Source of the DNA: an uncultured Acidobacteriota bacterium | GTDB taxonomy: Bacteria > Acidobacteriota > Thermoanaerobaculia > Multivoradales > DATKCC01 | Direction: 5' to 3' | DNA: 64,000 nucleotides | Assembly (NCBI GenBank): GCA_963739795.1 | Contig: CAVUBL010000010.1 | Coordinates: 178,799-242,798 of the forward strand | Shown here: positions 22,571 to 31,081 of the stretch, piece by piece | Layout of the letters: the number at the start of each line of letters is the position of its first letter | Position numbering within the stretch: the first letter of the stretch is position 1 | Notes under the pieces: generated by a model | The model's input: only the letters and a program-made list of their open reading frames with translations | Told to the model about the DNA's origin: nothing | Databases searched by the model: none | Position numbers and translations under genes: made by a program

Positions 22571-23149
22571 ATGAACGCAAGGACGAGGAGACGATGTGGC
22601 GTGGTGGCCGCGCTGGCTCTGACGGCGGCTCTGGCGTGGGCCGGACCGGCGAAAGCGGCGAGCGCGGAGGAGGACCGGGGGCCCGCCCTGGGCTCATTCC
22701 CTCCGGACTTCAGCCTCCAGGGGCCGGACGGCCGGACGATGAGCCTGACCGAGTTTCGGGGCCGTAAGCCGGTGGTCCTGATCTTCTTCCGCGGCACCTG
22801 GTGACCGTTCTGCCGCGCGCAGCTCGTGGAGCTGCAATCACACCTCGAGGAGATCGAAGGCCTGGGCGCCCAGGTCCTGGTGGTGGCGAACGACGACCCG
22901 GCGAAGATGGCCGCCTTCCGCGGGGCAAACGGCCTCCGGTTCCCCATGTTGGCGGATCCGGGGGGCAAGGTCATCGAGAGCTACGGCATCCGCAACCAGA
23001 AGGTCACCGACCGGGTCCTGCCGGACCCGACGGCCCTGGTGCTGGACCGTGAGGGGAAGGTCCGGTACAAGCGGATCGACGTGGACTACACAGTCCGGCC
23101 GCCGGCGGAGGAGCTGGTCAAGGCCCTTCGCGCACTGAAGGGGAGCTGA
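22571..23149 (+). CDS. secreted thioredoxin-fold (AhpC/TSA/redoxin-like) protein with in-frame TGA at 22802..22804, candidate selenoprotein (UxxC)
   Basis: ORFs 22571..22804 and 22826..23149 are in the same frame and separated only by a TGA. The joined product reads ...VVLIFFRGTW-U-PFCRAQLVELQ...VLVVANDDPAKMAAFRGANGLRFPMLADPGGKVIESYGI..., so the TGA replaces the first Cys of a W-C-x-x-C redox motif. N-terminal signal peptide. Hairpin 15 nt downstream. Confidence 0.55.
22819..22835 (+). other. candidate bacterial SECIS-like hairpin (GCAGCUC-GUG-GAGCUGC), 15 nt 3' of the in-frame UGA
   Basis: Perfect 7-bp GC-rich stem with G and U in the small apical loop. Its position relative to the UGA is within the range seen for bacterial SECIS elements. 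Confidence 0.35.
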
Positions 23150-23178
23150 GGACCCGGCCGGCCGCCGCCGCCCCGCGC

Positions 23179-23973
23179 TCAGGCGCCCCGGGGCAGGCGG
23201 TCGGGGAGGAACGGAAGGTCCTTGCGCACCTGGCGCACCCGGGCCGGATCGAGCTCGGCGAGGAGAAGGCTCTCGCCGGCCGCCGCAGAAGCGAGCACCT
23301 CGCCCGTCGGGTCGAGGATCCGACTGTCTCCGGTGTAGTCGAGGCCGCCGCCTTCGCCGACCCGGTTCACCCCCACCACGTACGCCTGGTTTTCGATCGC
23401 CCGGGCCTGGAGGAGGGTCGTCCAGTGGTGGCGCCGGGCCACCGGCCAGTTGGCGACCACCAGGTAGGCGTCGGTCTCCTCGGCGATGTCCCAGAACAGG
23501 TCGGCGAAGCGCAGGTCGTAGCAGACGAAGAGGGTCACGCGCAGGAGCTCGTCGCCGCCGGCGGGAATCTCCACGGTCACGGTCTCCGAGCCGGCCTCGA
23601 ATACTTTGTCCTCGCCGGCGCACGAGAAGGGCCGGATCTTCCGGTAGCGGTGGATCTCCCCGGCCGGCCCGGCGAGGACCAGCGTGTTGAACGGGCGGGC
23701 CTTCTTCGGGGCCTCCTCCGGCAGCTCGGGGACGGAGCCGGCGAGCCACAGGCCGTGCTCGGCGGCGCGCTCGCGAAGGAACCGCACCGAGGGACCGCCG
23801 AAGGGCTCCTGGGTCACCTTGGTGTTCATCGAGAAGCCGCAGGCGAACATCTCGGGGAGCACGGCGAGGTGGGCGTCGGCGGCGGCGGCCGTGCGGATCC
23901 AGGCGTCGAGCCGTTCGAAGTTGGCCTGGGGGTCCTCCCAGACGATGTCGGTCTGGAGACCAGCGACTCTCAT
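23179..23973 (-). CDS. carbon-nitrogen hydrolase (nitrilase superfamily), omega-amidase YafV/MtnU-like
   Basis: CN-hydrolase catalytic triad context (E in LAVLPEMF, K in YRKIRPF, C in LFVCYDLRF). At 264 aa it matches the size of 2-oxoglutaramate amidases. Confidence 0.85.
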   Translation of the reverse strand: MRVAGLQTDIVWEDPQANFERLDAWIRTAAAADAHLAVLPEMFACGFSMNTKVTQEPFGGPSVRFLRERAAEHGLWLAGSVPELPEEAPKKARPFNTLVLAGPAGEIHRYRKIRPFSCAGEDKVFEAGSETVTVEIPAGGDELLRVTLFVCYDLRFADLFWDIAEETDAYLVVANWPVARRHHWTTLLQARAIENQAYVVGVNRVGEGGGLDYTGDSRILDPTGEVLASAAAGESLLLAELDPARVRQVRKDLPFLPDRLPRGA

Positions 23974-24032
23974 TGGCTCGCCCTCCTCACCCTCGATCTC
24001 GTTTCGTCTCGCGGCGGTGTGACCCGAAGCCT

Positions 24033-25235
24033 TCAGTCATCTCGGAGCTTCCTCAGGCGACGTACGGCCTCGTCGAGGACCGCGTCGGTCTTGCAGAAGG
24101 CGAAGCGCACCAGGTGGCGCCCTTCCTCCCGGTGCAGGTAGAAAGAGGTCGGCGGGATCGCGGCCACGCCGACCGCTTCGGGCAGGCGGCGGCAGAACTC
24201 CAGGTCGTCGTCCCAGCCCAGGGGCCGGATGTCGGCCAGGACGAAGTAGGTGCCGGCCGGGCGGCGCACGCCGAACCCCACCTCTTCGAGCCCGGAGCAC
24301 AGCCGCTCCCGCCGGGCGCGGTAGGCGCGGGTGAAGTCCTCGAAGTAGGCGTCGTCGGAGGCCAGGGCTTCGGCGACGGCGTACTGAAGCGGCGTGCCGT
24401 TGCAGAAGGTGATGAACTGGTGGGCCGCCCGCAGGGCCCGGGTGATGGGCGCCGGAGCGCAGGTCCAACCGATCTTCCAGCCGGTGAGGCTGAAGGTCTT
24501 GCCCGCCGAGGAGATGACCACCGTCCGCTCGCGCATCCCCGGGAGCGCGGCGGGGGAGAGGTGCTCGCCTTCGTAGACCAGGTGTTCGTAGACCTCGTCG
24601 CTGATCAGGATCAGATCGTGGCGCCGACAGAGCTCGGCCAGGTGCTCGAGCTCGGCGCGGGAGTAGACCTTGCCGGTGGGGTTATGGGGTGTGTTGAGGA
24701 GAATCGCCCGGGTGCGCGGCGTGACGGCCGCTTCGAGCTCCTCCGGGGCGTAGGTGAAGCCGCCGTCGGAGCCTCCGGGCCGGTCGTGGAGGGTGACCAC
24801 CCGCTCGCGGGCTCCGGCCATGGTGATCGACGCGCGGTAGGAGTCGTAGAACGGCTCGAACAGCACGACCTCGTCGCCCGGGTCGCAGAGGGCCTGGAGA
24901 GAGGCGAAGATCGCCTCGGTGGCGCCGGCATACACCGTGATCTCGTCGGGCCCGTAGGCAAGCCTCCAGAACCGCTCCTGGTGGCGCCGGATCGCTTCGG
25001 AGAGCTCGGGGATGCCGCCCGTCGGGCAGTACTGGTTGCGCCCCTCCCGGATCGCCCGGACCGCGGCCTCCTTGACCGGCTCCGGGCCGTCGAAGTCGGG
25101 GAAGCCCTGGCCCAGGTTGACCGCGCCGTGCCGCTGGGCGAGGGCGGTGATCTCGGCGAAGACGGTGGTTCCGAACCCTTCGACCCGGCGGGACCCGGCG
25201 CGCGCCGGCGCACGGCTCTCTCCCACGGCGCTCAT
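24033..25235 (-). CDS. class I/II PLP aminotransferase, methionine/glutamine transaminase YbdL/MtnE-like
   Basis: Fold-type I aminotransferase motifs (NLGQGFPDF, NQYCPTGG, LLNTPHNPTGKV, SAGKTFSLTGWKIGW). The start is taken at MSAVGES because the upstream extension in the track ORF is Arg/Gly-rich. The start ATG overlaps the stop of the upstream kinase gene (ATGA). Confidence 0.85.
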   Translation of the reverse strand: MSAVGESRAPARAGSRRVEGFGTTVFAEITALAQRHGAVNLGQGFPDFDGPEPVKEAAVRAIREGRNQYCPTGGIPELSEAIRRHQERFWRLAYGPDEITVYAGATEAIFASLQALCDPGDEVVLFEPFYDSYRASITMAGARERVVTLHDRPGGSDGGFTYAPEELEAAVTPRTRAILLNTPHNPTGKVYSRAELEHLAELCRRHDLILISDEVYEHLVYEGEHLSPAALPGMRERTVVISSAGKTFSLTGWKIGWTCAPAPITRALRAAHQFITFCNGTPLQYAVAEALASDDAYFEDFTRAYRARRERLCSGLEEVGFGVRRPAGTYFVLADIRPLGWDDDLEFCRRLPEAVGVAAIPPTSFYLHREEGRHLVRFAFCKTDAVLDEAVRRLRKLRDD

Positions 25236-26296
25236 CCCTCCCAGTCCCAGAAGTAGTCGGCGTTGGTCAGCTCCTCGCCCTCGGGTTCCGTGGCCTCCAT
25301 CTCGCCGGCCGCCACCAGCTCGCCCCGGGCCGCGGCCAGGGTCTCCTCGAGCTCGCGGATCTCTCCGAGCCAGTAGGTCTCGGTGCCGAACTCCGGAAAC
25401 GCCCGGGGGAAGAAGGGGTCGTGCCACCTGCGGGCGATCCAGGTGCTGTAGTGGACGATCCGCAGGCCGCGCAGGGGCTCGATCAGTCGGAGGGTGGCCC
25501 GGTCGAAGGCCCGGAACCGTTCGTACCCCTCCACGAAGAGCTCCCGCAGACGGCGGGTCTCGTCGTCGCGGCCGGGCAGGCAGAGCCAGAGGTCCTGGAC
25601 CGGCGGCCCGATCACCATGTCGTCGAAGTCCAGCACCGTGAGCACGTCGTCGCGGACCAGGAGGTTCGAGCGATGGAGGTCGCCGTGAATGCGAATCGTT
25701 TCGACGTTCCGGGCGAGCTCATCGTAGAGATCGGCGATCTGCCGGGCGGCGGCGGCGTAGCGCTCGGCGAGGTGAGCGGGCACGGTGTCGCGCTCGGCGA
25801 GCCAGTCGAGCTCGGCCCGCACGAACGCGTCGCCGTCGAGGCGAGGTCGCTCCGGGGCCGGCTCACGGGCTCCGACGGCGTGGATCCGCCCGGCGAGCAT
25901 GCCCGCTCGGGGCGCCAGCCCCTCGTCGATCTCGTCCGGGGCTCGGCCCCCTCGCCGGTCCGACAGGGCGTAGAAGATCCCCTCGATCGAGCGCAGGGTA
26001 CCGCCGCCGGGGAACTCCCGGAAGGTGCAGACGGGGATCTCCTCGGCGGCGAGCTGGGCGAGAAACCGGTGCTCGGCCAGAATCTGCTCGGCGCTCCAGC
26101 GCCGGGGCCGGTAGAACTTGGCGATCACCCGGGTCCGGTCCGCCAGCTCGACCTCGTAGACCCTGTTTTCGTAGGCGTTGAGCGGATAGCAGACCGCGTT
26201 GGTGGCAAGCCCGGCCGCTTCCACGGCCTCGAGCACGCGGTCCGGAGTGATCTCGAGGAATAGGTCCGTCGCGGTGGGTTCGGTGGGCTCGGGCAT
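25232..26296 (-). CDS. SrkA/YihE(RdoA)-like Ser/Thr protein kinase (APH/choline-kinase fold)
   Basis: YihE-like N-terminus (NAVCYPLNAYENRVYEV) and the catalytic loop IHGDLHRSNLLV...VLDFDD. The ATG at 26296 was located in the sequence. Confidence 0.8.
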   Translation of the reverse strand: MPEPTEPTATDLFLEITPDRVLEAVEAAGLATNAVCYPLNAYENRVYEVELADRTRVIAKFYRPRRWSAEQILAEHRFLAQLAAEEIPVCTFREFPGGGTLRSIEGIFYALSDRRGGRAPDEIDEGLAPRAGMLAGRIHAVGAREPAPERPRLDGDAFVRAELDWLAERDTVPAHLAERYAAAARQIADLYDELARNVETIRIHGDLHRSNLLVRDDVLTVLDFDDMVIGPPVQDLWLCLPGRDDETRRLRELFVEGYERFRAFDRATLRLIEPLRGLRIVHYSTWIARRWHDPFFPRAFPEFGTETYWLGEIRELEETLAAARGELVAAGEMEATEPEGEELTNADYFWDWEG

Positions 26297-26334
26297 CGCG
26301 GGAAATGTAGCATCCCGCGCCGCCCTTCCGGCGA

Positions 26335-27975
26335 TCAAGGCTTCCGGCGGTCGCTTTCGGACCACGGACGCGAGATCACGCAGGCGTTGATGCCCCCGAC
26401 CCCCATGGAGAGCTTGCCGGCCGGAGCCGCCGGCGCCTCGATGGCTTCGTCGAAGACGAAGCGGTCGTGGAGGCGGGAGATCTCGGGGTTGAGCTCCTCC
26501 TCGGCCAGGGGAGTGGGGAAGAGGTGGCCGCGCTCGTAGCCGAGATACTGGGCGGTGAGCTCCCAGCCTCCGGCGGCCGACATGCCGTGACCGTGGATTC
26601 CCTTGCGGGCGGTGATCTGGACCGGCGCCGACACCACCCGCTTCAGGGTCTCGACCTCCGTGTAGTCGCCCGGCGTGGCCGTGGCGTGGAGGTCCCAGGT
26701 CCCCAGGCTCGCCGGATCGACGCCGGCGGTGTCGAGAGCCGCCCGCAGCGCGGCCGAGGGGCCCTCGACCGAGGGCGTGATGATGTGGTCGGCGTCGGAG
26801 CTCACGCCCACAGCCAGGGGCTCGAGGCCCAGGGGTCGGAACCCCCGCGCGGTCATGTGCTCGTAGTCGGCCACCAGCCAGACCACCGAGCCGCCCGCGA
26901 CGTGGGTGCCCCGGAGCTCGGAGAGGGGCTTGGAGACGGCGGCGTCGGCCGAGATCACCCGGGCGTTGTAGAAGCCTCCGACGATCAGTGGATGGGGCGG
27001 CGGGTCGGTGGCGCCGACGACCACCGCCTTGGCCTGTCCCGAGCGGATCGCGTCGATGGCGAGCTTGAGGGAGACGCCGAAGGTGGAGCAGGCCGCCACC
27101 GGCGCAAAGGTCAGGCCGGTGACCTGGCCCAGCATGGAGACCTGGGCCGCCGGGATGTTGGCGATGTTCCACACCATGTTGGCCGAAACCGCCCGCCACG
27201 GCGGCTCGGGAGCCTTCCACCTCTGCTGCAGGCGCGCGTGGCGCCGCCGCTTCTCCTTCATGACCGCCATCTTGGCGGACTGGACCGCTCCTTCGAGCTT
27301 GAGCCCCTCGATCTCGCGGAGCTCGTCCAGGTAGCGGGCGAGCTGGTCGGAAATCCCGGCCCAGAAATGCCACCACTCCTCCTCCGCGGCCTCCCGGTCG
27401 TCGGCCGAGACGTCCTCGGGGTCGGGCGGGGCACCGAGCTGGGCCGCGCGCTCGGCCCGACCTGCCTCGGGGAGTGCCAGGTACTGCGCCATGGCGGCAT
27501 TGCGCTCGGGGGCCGCCCAGAAGCGGTCCCACCGGTGCTGGGCGCGGTGGAGGGCCAGGCTCTCCCGGTGAAGCGTCGGGAGGCAGCCCAGGCCCGTTCC
27601 GACGTACACGTGGGCCGCGGTCCCCAGGGCCTGGAGCTCCTGCTCGATGCCCGGGTTCTGGCCCAGCGACTGGATGAAGGCGCCGATGGCGAACTGGACC
27701 GTAGGGTCCATCTTCTCCGCAAGCTGGGGGAAACGGTTGGGGGGGAACCGGGCGTCGATCCAGGGCTTGTAGCGCTCGAAGTCGAAGGAAGGCCAGCCGA
27801 CCAGGAAGGTGTCGGGTCCGAAACCGTTGAAAGGCTCGAGCCAGGTGCCCGCCGTCTCCAGGTTCGCGGCGAAGGAGTCGACGTCGGGGCTCCGGGGGGC
27901 GACCACCCCCCAGCCGAATATGCCGATGCGTGTCACGCGATGATCTCCAGGCAGGACGTACGAGGTCCGGCACAT
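26335..27975 (-). CDS. atypical KAS I/II-family beta-ketoacyl-ACP synthase with ~120-aa insertion
   Basis: Active-site Cys context (FAPVAACSTFGVS), two His motifs (DLHATATPGDYTE, KGIHGHGMSAAGG) and a KAS N-terminus (RIGIFGWGVVAP). A charged insertion between the N-terminal TGLG region and the NMVWNIANIP region makes it 546 aa. Confidence 0.7.
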   Translation of the reverse strand: MCRTSYVLPGDHRVTRIGIFGWGVVAPRSPDVDSFAANLETAGTWLEPFNGFGPDTFLVGWPSFDFERYKPWIDARFPPNRFPQLAEKMDPTVQFAIGAFIQSLGQNPGIEQELQALGTAAHVYVGTGLGCLPTLHRESLALHRAQHRWDRFWAAPERNAAMAQYLALPEAGRAERAAQLGAPPDPEDVSADDREAAEEEWWHFWAGISDQLARYLDELREIEGLKLEGAVQSAKMAVMKEKRRRHARLQQRWKAPEPPWRAVSANMVWNIANIPAAQVSMLGQVTGLTFAPVAACSTFGVSLKLAIDAIRSGQAKAVVVGATDPPPHPLIVGGFYNARVISADAAVSKPLSELRGTHVAGGSVVWLVADYEHMTARGFRPLGLEPLAVGVSSDADHIITPSVEGPSAALRAALDTAGVDPASLGTWDLHATATPGDYTEVETLKRVVSAPVQITARKGIHGHGMSAAGGWELTAQYLGYERGHLFPTPLAEEELNPEISRLHDRFVFDEAIEAPAAPAGKLSMGVGGINACVISRPWSESDRRKP

Positions 27976-28000
27976 TGTGGCACAGGCCGCGCGGGCCGCG

Positions 28001-28726
28001 TCAGGGCTCCGGCAGCTCGACGCCCTGGTCCCGGAGCTGGCGCTCCGCCTGCTCGGCCCATCCCCGGTTGGCGGCGGGGCTGGCCGGGCTGGGGTGGAGG
28101 ATCTGGCCGATCTCGACTCCGGCTCCGCCGAGGGCGCGCGCCGCGCGCTCCCGGGCGAAACGTCCGACCCCGATCACCCGCCGGGGGCGCAGGTGCTCCA
28201 CCGCTTCGCAGAGCGCGCGGTCGCAGGCTTCGAAGACCGGCGCCGCCTCGTTCCGGGGCAGCTTGTCGGGCGTGCGGTTGCGGCCACTCTCCTCGAGGAA
28301 GAGGAGGGGGCAGTAGTTCCATACGAAGAAGCGCGCGAAGAACCGCTCGGGGCGGTCGAACCGATCCCGTGCCCAGCCCCAGAGGCGCCGTCCGCTGACC
28401 TCGCTGCGCGCGCAGGCGAAGCCCTCCACCGGCCGCTTCGGGTGCTCGCCCTCCGGCTTGCCCACGGCAGCCTCGATCCCTATCCAGTCGCGGACCAGCT
28501 CGACCTCGCCGAAGGGCACTCCGGTCTGCGCCATGCCCCAGGGGCCCGGGTTCATGCCCAGGAGGATCGCTTCCTTGGGCGCGCCGCCGAAGCGTTCGAG
28601 ATACAGGTGGTGAGTCGCACGCGCGTAGCGGAGCGGGTCGTAGACGTGGGTTACAGGCGGCGCGAAGCGGAGAGGCCGGAGCGCCGCGGAGAGTCGATCA
28701 GCGACGGCGGAAAGCGGGGAGGGCAC
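28001..28726 (-). CDS. SMUG1-like uracil-DNA glycosylase (UDG family 3)
   Basis: Family-3 motifs GMNPGPWGMAQTGVPFG and HPSPAS. The start is uncertain: a GTG at 28726 is proposed, 8 nt after the upstream stop. The long upstream extension in the track ORF is Arg/Pro-rich and unlikely to be coding. Confidence 0.65.
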   Translation of the reverse strand: MPSPLSAVADRLSAALRPLRFAPPVTHVYDPLRYARATHHLYLERFGGAPKEAILLGMNPGPWGMAQTGVPFGEVELVRDWIGIEAAVGKPEGEHPKRPVEGFACARSEVSGRRLWGWARDRFDRPERFFARFFVWNYCPLLFLEESGRNRTPDKLPRNEAAPVFEACDRALCEAVEHLRPRRVIGVGRFARERAARALGGAGVEIGQILHPSPASPAANRGWAEQAERQLRDQGVELPEP

Positions 28727-28734
28727 CGGCTCGG

Positions 28735-29529
28735 CTACTCTCCGGCCTCGAGCAGGCGGCGCAAGGCCCGCCGGACCTGCTCCTCGTCCGTCGGTCCGGA
28801 GCCCCGGAATGCCACTCCGCAGGCGTCCCCCTGGCGCCAGGCGACCATGCCGTCGAGATCGAGGAGCTGCTCTCCCTCGGGCAGGCTGAGCCGGAAGCGC
28901 ACGGCCAGGCCCGGGCTCCAGGACGCGGGCAGGCCGCGGAAGCAGGCGCCGCCGGGCGAGAGGTTCTCGAGGCGGGCCGACAGGGTGCGGTCGCCGGCCA
29001 CCTCGAGGCGCACCGCGGTGTCGACCCGGGTCCGGATCTCTCTGCGGCCGGAGAGCTGCACGGCGGACGCCACGTTGTGCCCGTGTCGCCGGATGATCGC
29101 GATCCGGAGCTTGACCGCCAGCAGCGGCCGTTCCTTGAGCAGGGCGAGGAGGTGCTCCTTGCGGACATGGAGCAGGCGGGCGGCCTCGGAAACCACGGCC
29201 GTGGACGAGCGCATGCCGTCGTCGAGCAGGCCCATCTCGCCGAAGAACCCTCCGGGGCCGAGGCGGGCGATGCGCTGCACCGGCTGTCCCACCGCCTCGC
29301 GCACAATGCTCACGGCGCCCGACTCGACGACGTACAGCCCGTCGGCGGCGTCCCCCTCGCGGAAGACGCGTGCTCCCGCCTCCAGGCGAACCTGGCTGCA
29401 GCGCATGGCGAGGAGAGAGAGCTCGTCGGCCGCGAGCCCCTCGAACAGCGGCACGGCGCGCAGCGCGGCCACGCCCGAGGGCTCGAGGCCCAGGATCGGC
29501 GATTCGGGCGTGTCGATGGAGGAGGTCAC
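28735..29529 (-). CDS. cyclic-nucleotide-binding (CAP-effector-like) domain protein with C-terminal PilZ domain
   Basis: cNMP-binding signature (GGFFGEMGLLDDGMRSSTAVV) followed by a PilZ-like RxxxR...DxSxGG region (IIRRHGHN...LENLSPGGACF). Confidence 0.65.
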   Translation of the reverse strand: MTSSIDTPESPILGLEPSGVAALRAVPLFEGLAADELSLLAMRCSQVRLEAGARVFREGDAADGLYVVESGAVSIVREAVGQPVQRIARLGPGGFFGEMGLLDDGMRSSTAVVSEAARLLHVRKEHLLALLKERPLLAVKLRIAIIRRHGHNVASAVQLSGRREIRTRVDTAVRLEVAGDRTLSARLENLSPGGACFRGLPASWSPGLAVRFRLSLPEGEQLLDLDGMVAWRQGDACGVAFRGSGPTDEEQVRRALRRLLEAGE

Positions 29530-29538
29530 GACGGCGGC

Positions 29539-29883
29539 CTATCGCTCGTCGAACAGGGCGTCGGTGCGGGCGGCCATGATGAAGTCGTTCTCGTGCAGGC
29601 CGCCGATGGCGTGGGTCCACCAGGCGACGGTGACCTTCCCCCAGGTGGTGAGGAGCAGTGGGTGATGCCCCTGCGCCTCGGCCTCGGCGCCCACGGCGTC
29701 GGTAAAGGCGAGGGCGGACGCGAAGTCCGGGAAGTCGAAGGTGCGGCGGAGCTTCGGAACACCGTCCTCTTCCGCGACCTCCCAGTCGGGCACCTGCCTC
29801 CGGTATTGAGCGACCTCCTCGGGAGTGGCCTGGGGAGCACCGCCGTGGCAGGGGATGCAGGTCTTGACGACGAGCTCGCTCAT
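29539..29883 (-). CDS. pterin-4a-carbinolamine dehydratase (PCD/DCoH)
   Basis: 114 aa carrying the PCD motif EAEAQGHHPLLLTTWGKVTVAWWTHAIGGL. Confidence 0.85.
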   Translation of the reverse strand: MSELVVKTCIPCHGGAPQATPEEVAQYRRQVPDWEVAEEDGVPKLRRTFDFPDFASALAFTDAVGAEAEAQGHHPLLLTTWGKVTVAWWTHAIGGLHENDFIMAARTDALFDER

Positions 29884-29941
29884 GGTGTCGGTCCTCCTTG
29901 CCGGGAGATCTTATCGGTCTGCGCGCTCCGGCGCGCCCCGG

Positions 29942-31081
29942 CTACCCGCCGTTGCGGCGCCGGAAGCCCTCCATCAGCTCGGCCAGAGCCTCGACCGAGG
30001 CGATCTCGATGGCGTTGTAGAGGGAGGCGCGGATGCCACCCACCGAGCGATGGCCCTTGAGGCCGGACATGTCGGCCCGGGCCGCCTCCTCGAGGAAGCG
30101 CCGTTCGAGCTCCTCGGACGGCAGCCGGAAGGTCACGTTCATCCGCGACCGGCCGTCGGGCCGGGCGTGGCCGCGATAGAAGCCGTCGGACTCGTCGATC
30201 ACCCGGTAGAGGAGCCCCGCCTTGGCCTCGTTGCGCTCGGCCGCGGCGGCCGTCCCGCCGCGGGAGATCAGGTGGCGGGCCACCAGGCCGACCAAGTAGA
30301 TGGCGAAGACCGGCGGTGTGTTGAGGAGCGAGTCCTTCTCGGCCATCTTGCGGTAGCTCAGCGTGTCCGGAAGGTCCGCGGGGCTGCGCTCCAGGAGGTC
30401 GCGCCGCACCGCCACGACGGTCACGCCGGCCGGTCCCAGGTTCTTCTGGGCGCCGGCGTAGATCAGGCCGAAGCGCGAGAGGTCCAGGGGCCGGCTCAGG
30501 ATGTCCGACGACAGGTCGCACACCAGCGGGACCGATCCGGAGTCGGGAGGTGCCGGGAACTGGGTGCCGAAGATCGTGTTGTTGCTCGTGTAGTGGAGGT
30601 AGGAGGCCCCGGGGTCGACCCGGAAGTCACCGGCGGCCGGAACCCGGTCGTGACCCGTCTCCTCGCTGGACCAGGCCACCCGCCCGCCGCCGCGCTTGGC
30701 CGCTTCGGCGAGGGCCATCTCGGCCCAGCGCCCGGTCACCAGGTAGTCGGCCGACCCGCCGTCCGGCAGGAGGTTCCAGGGGACGGCGGCGAACTGGGTC
30801 CGCGCGCCGCCGCCCATGAACAGAATCTCGTGCTCCGGGGCGCCGCCGAGAAGCTCGCGCAGCGCCGCCACGGTCTCCCGGTGGACTTCGGCGTACGCGG
30901 CGCCCCGGTGGCTGCTCTCGAGGATCGACATGCCGGTGCCGCGAAAATCCAGCAGCTCCCGCTGGACCTCCTCGAGGACGGGCAGGGGCAGGGCCGCGGG
31001 GCCCGCCCCGAAGTTATGGACCCGTCGCGGGGCCGCGCCGGAGGAGCGGCCGGAAGGCCGGTCAGAAGGGGATGTCGTCAT
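29942..31081 (-). CDS. serC: phosphoserine aminotransferase
   Basis: SerC motifs ([43 protein letters not shown]). The start is taken at MTTSPS (ATG at 31081), which overlaps the ssb 3' end by 20 nt. The upstream part of the track ORF is low complexity. Confidence 0.8.
   Translation of the reverse strand: MTTSPSDRPSGRSSGAAPRRVHNFGAGPAALPLPVLEEVQRELLDFRGTGMSILESSHRGAAYAEVHRETVAALRELLGGAPEHEILFMGGGARTQFAAVPWNLLPDGGSADYLVTGRWAEMALAEAAKRGGGRVAWSSEETGHDRVPAAGDFRVDPGASYLHYTSNNTIFGTQFPAPPDSGSVPLVCDLSSDILSRPLDLSRFGLIYAGAQKNLGPAGVTVVAVRRDLLERSPADLPDTLSYRKMAEKDSLLNTPPVFAIYLVGLVARHLISRGGTAAAAERNEAKAGLLYRVIDESDGFYRGHARPDGRSRMNVTFRLPSEELERRFLEEAARADMSGLKGHRSVGGIRASLYNAIEIASVEALAELMEGFRRRNGG

Noticed and set aside
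22826-23149. Treating 22826..23149 as an independent 107-aa gene with a GTG start
   Set aside because: It is in frame with 22571..22804 and separated by a single TGA. Alone it would lack the redox motif and signal peptide of its own fold. Sec read-through, or failing that a pseudogene, is more parsimonious than two genes.
24033-25427. Using the full 464-aa track ORF for the aminotransferase, and likewise the long N-terminal extensions on the SMUG1 (28001..29620) and SerC (29942..31201) ORFs
   Set aside because: The extra N-terminal segments are Arg/Gly/Pro-rich and unlike the mature enzyme families. Internal Met or GTG codons at conserved N-terminal positions give normal protein lengths.
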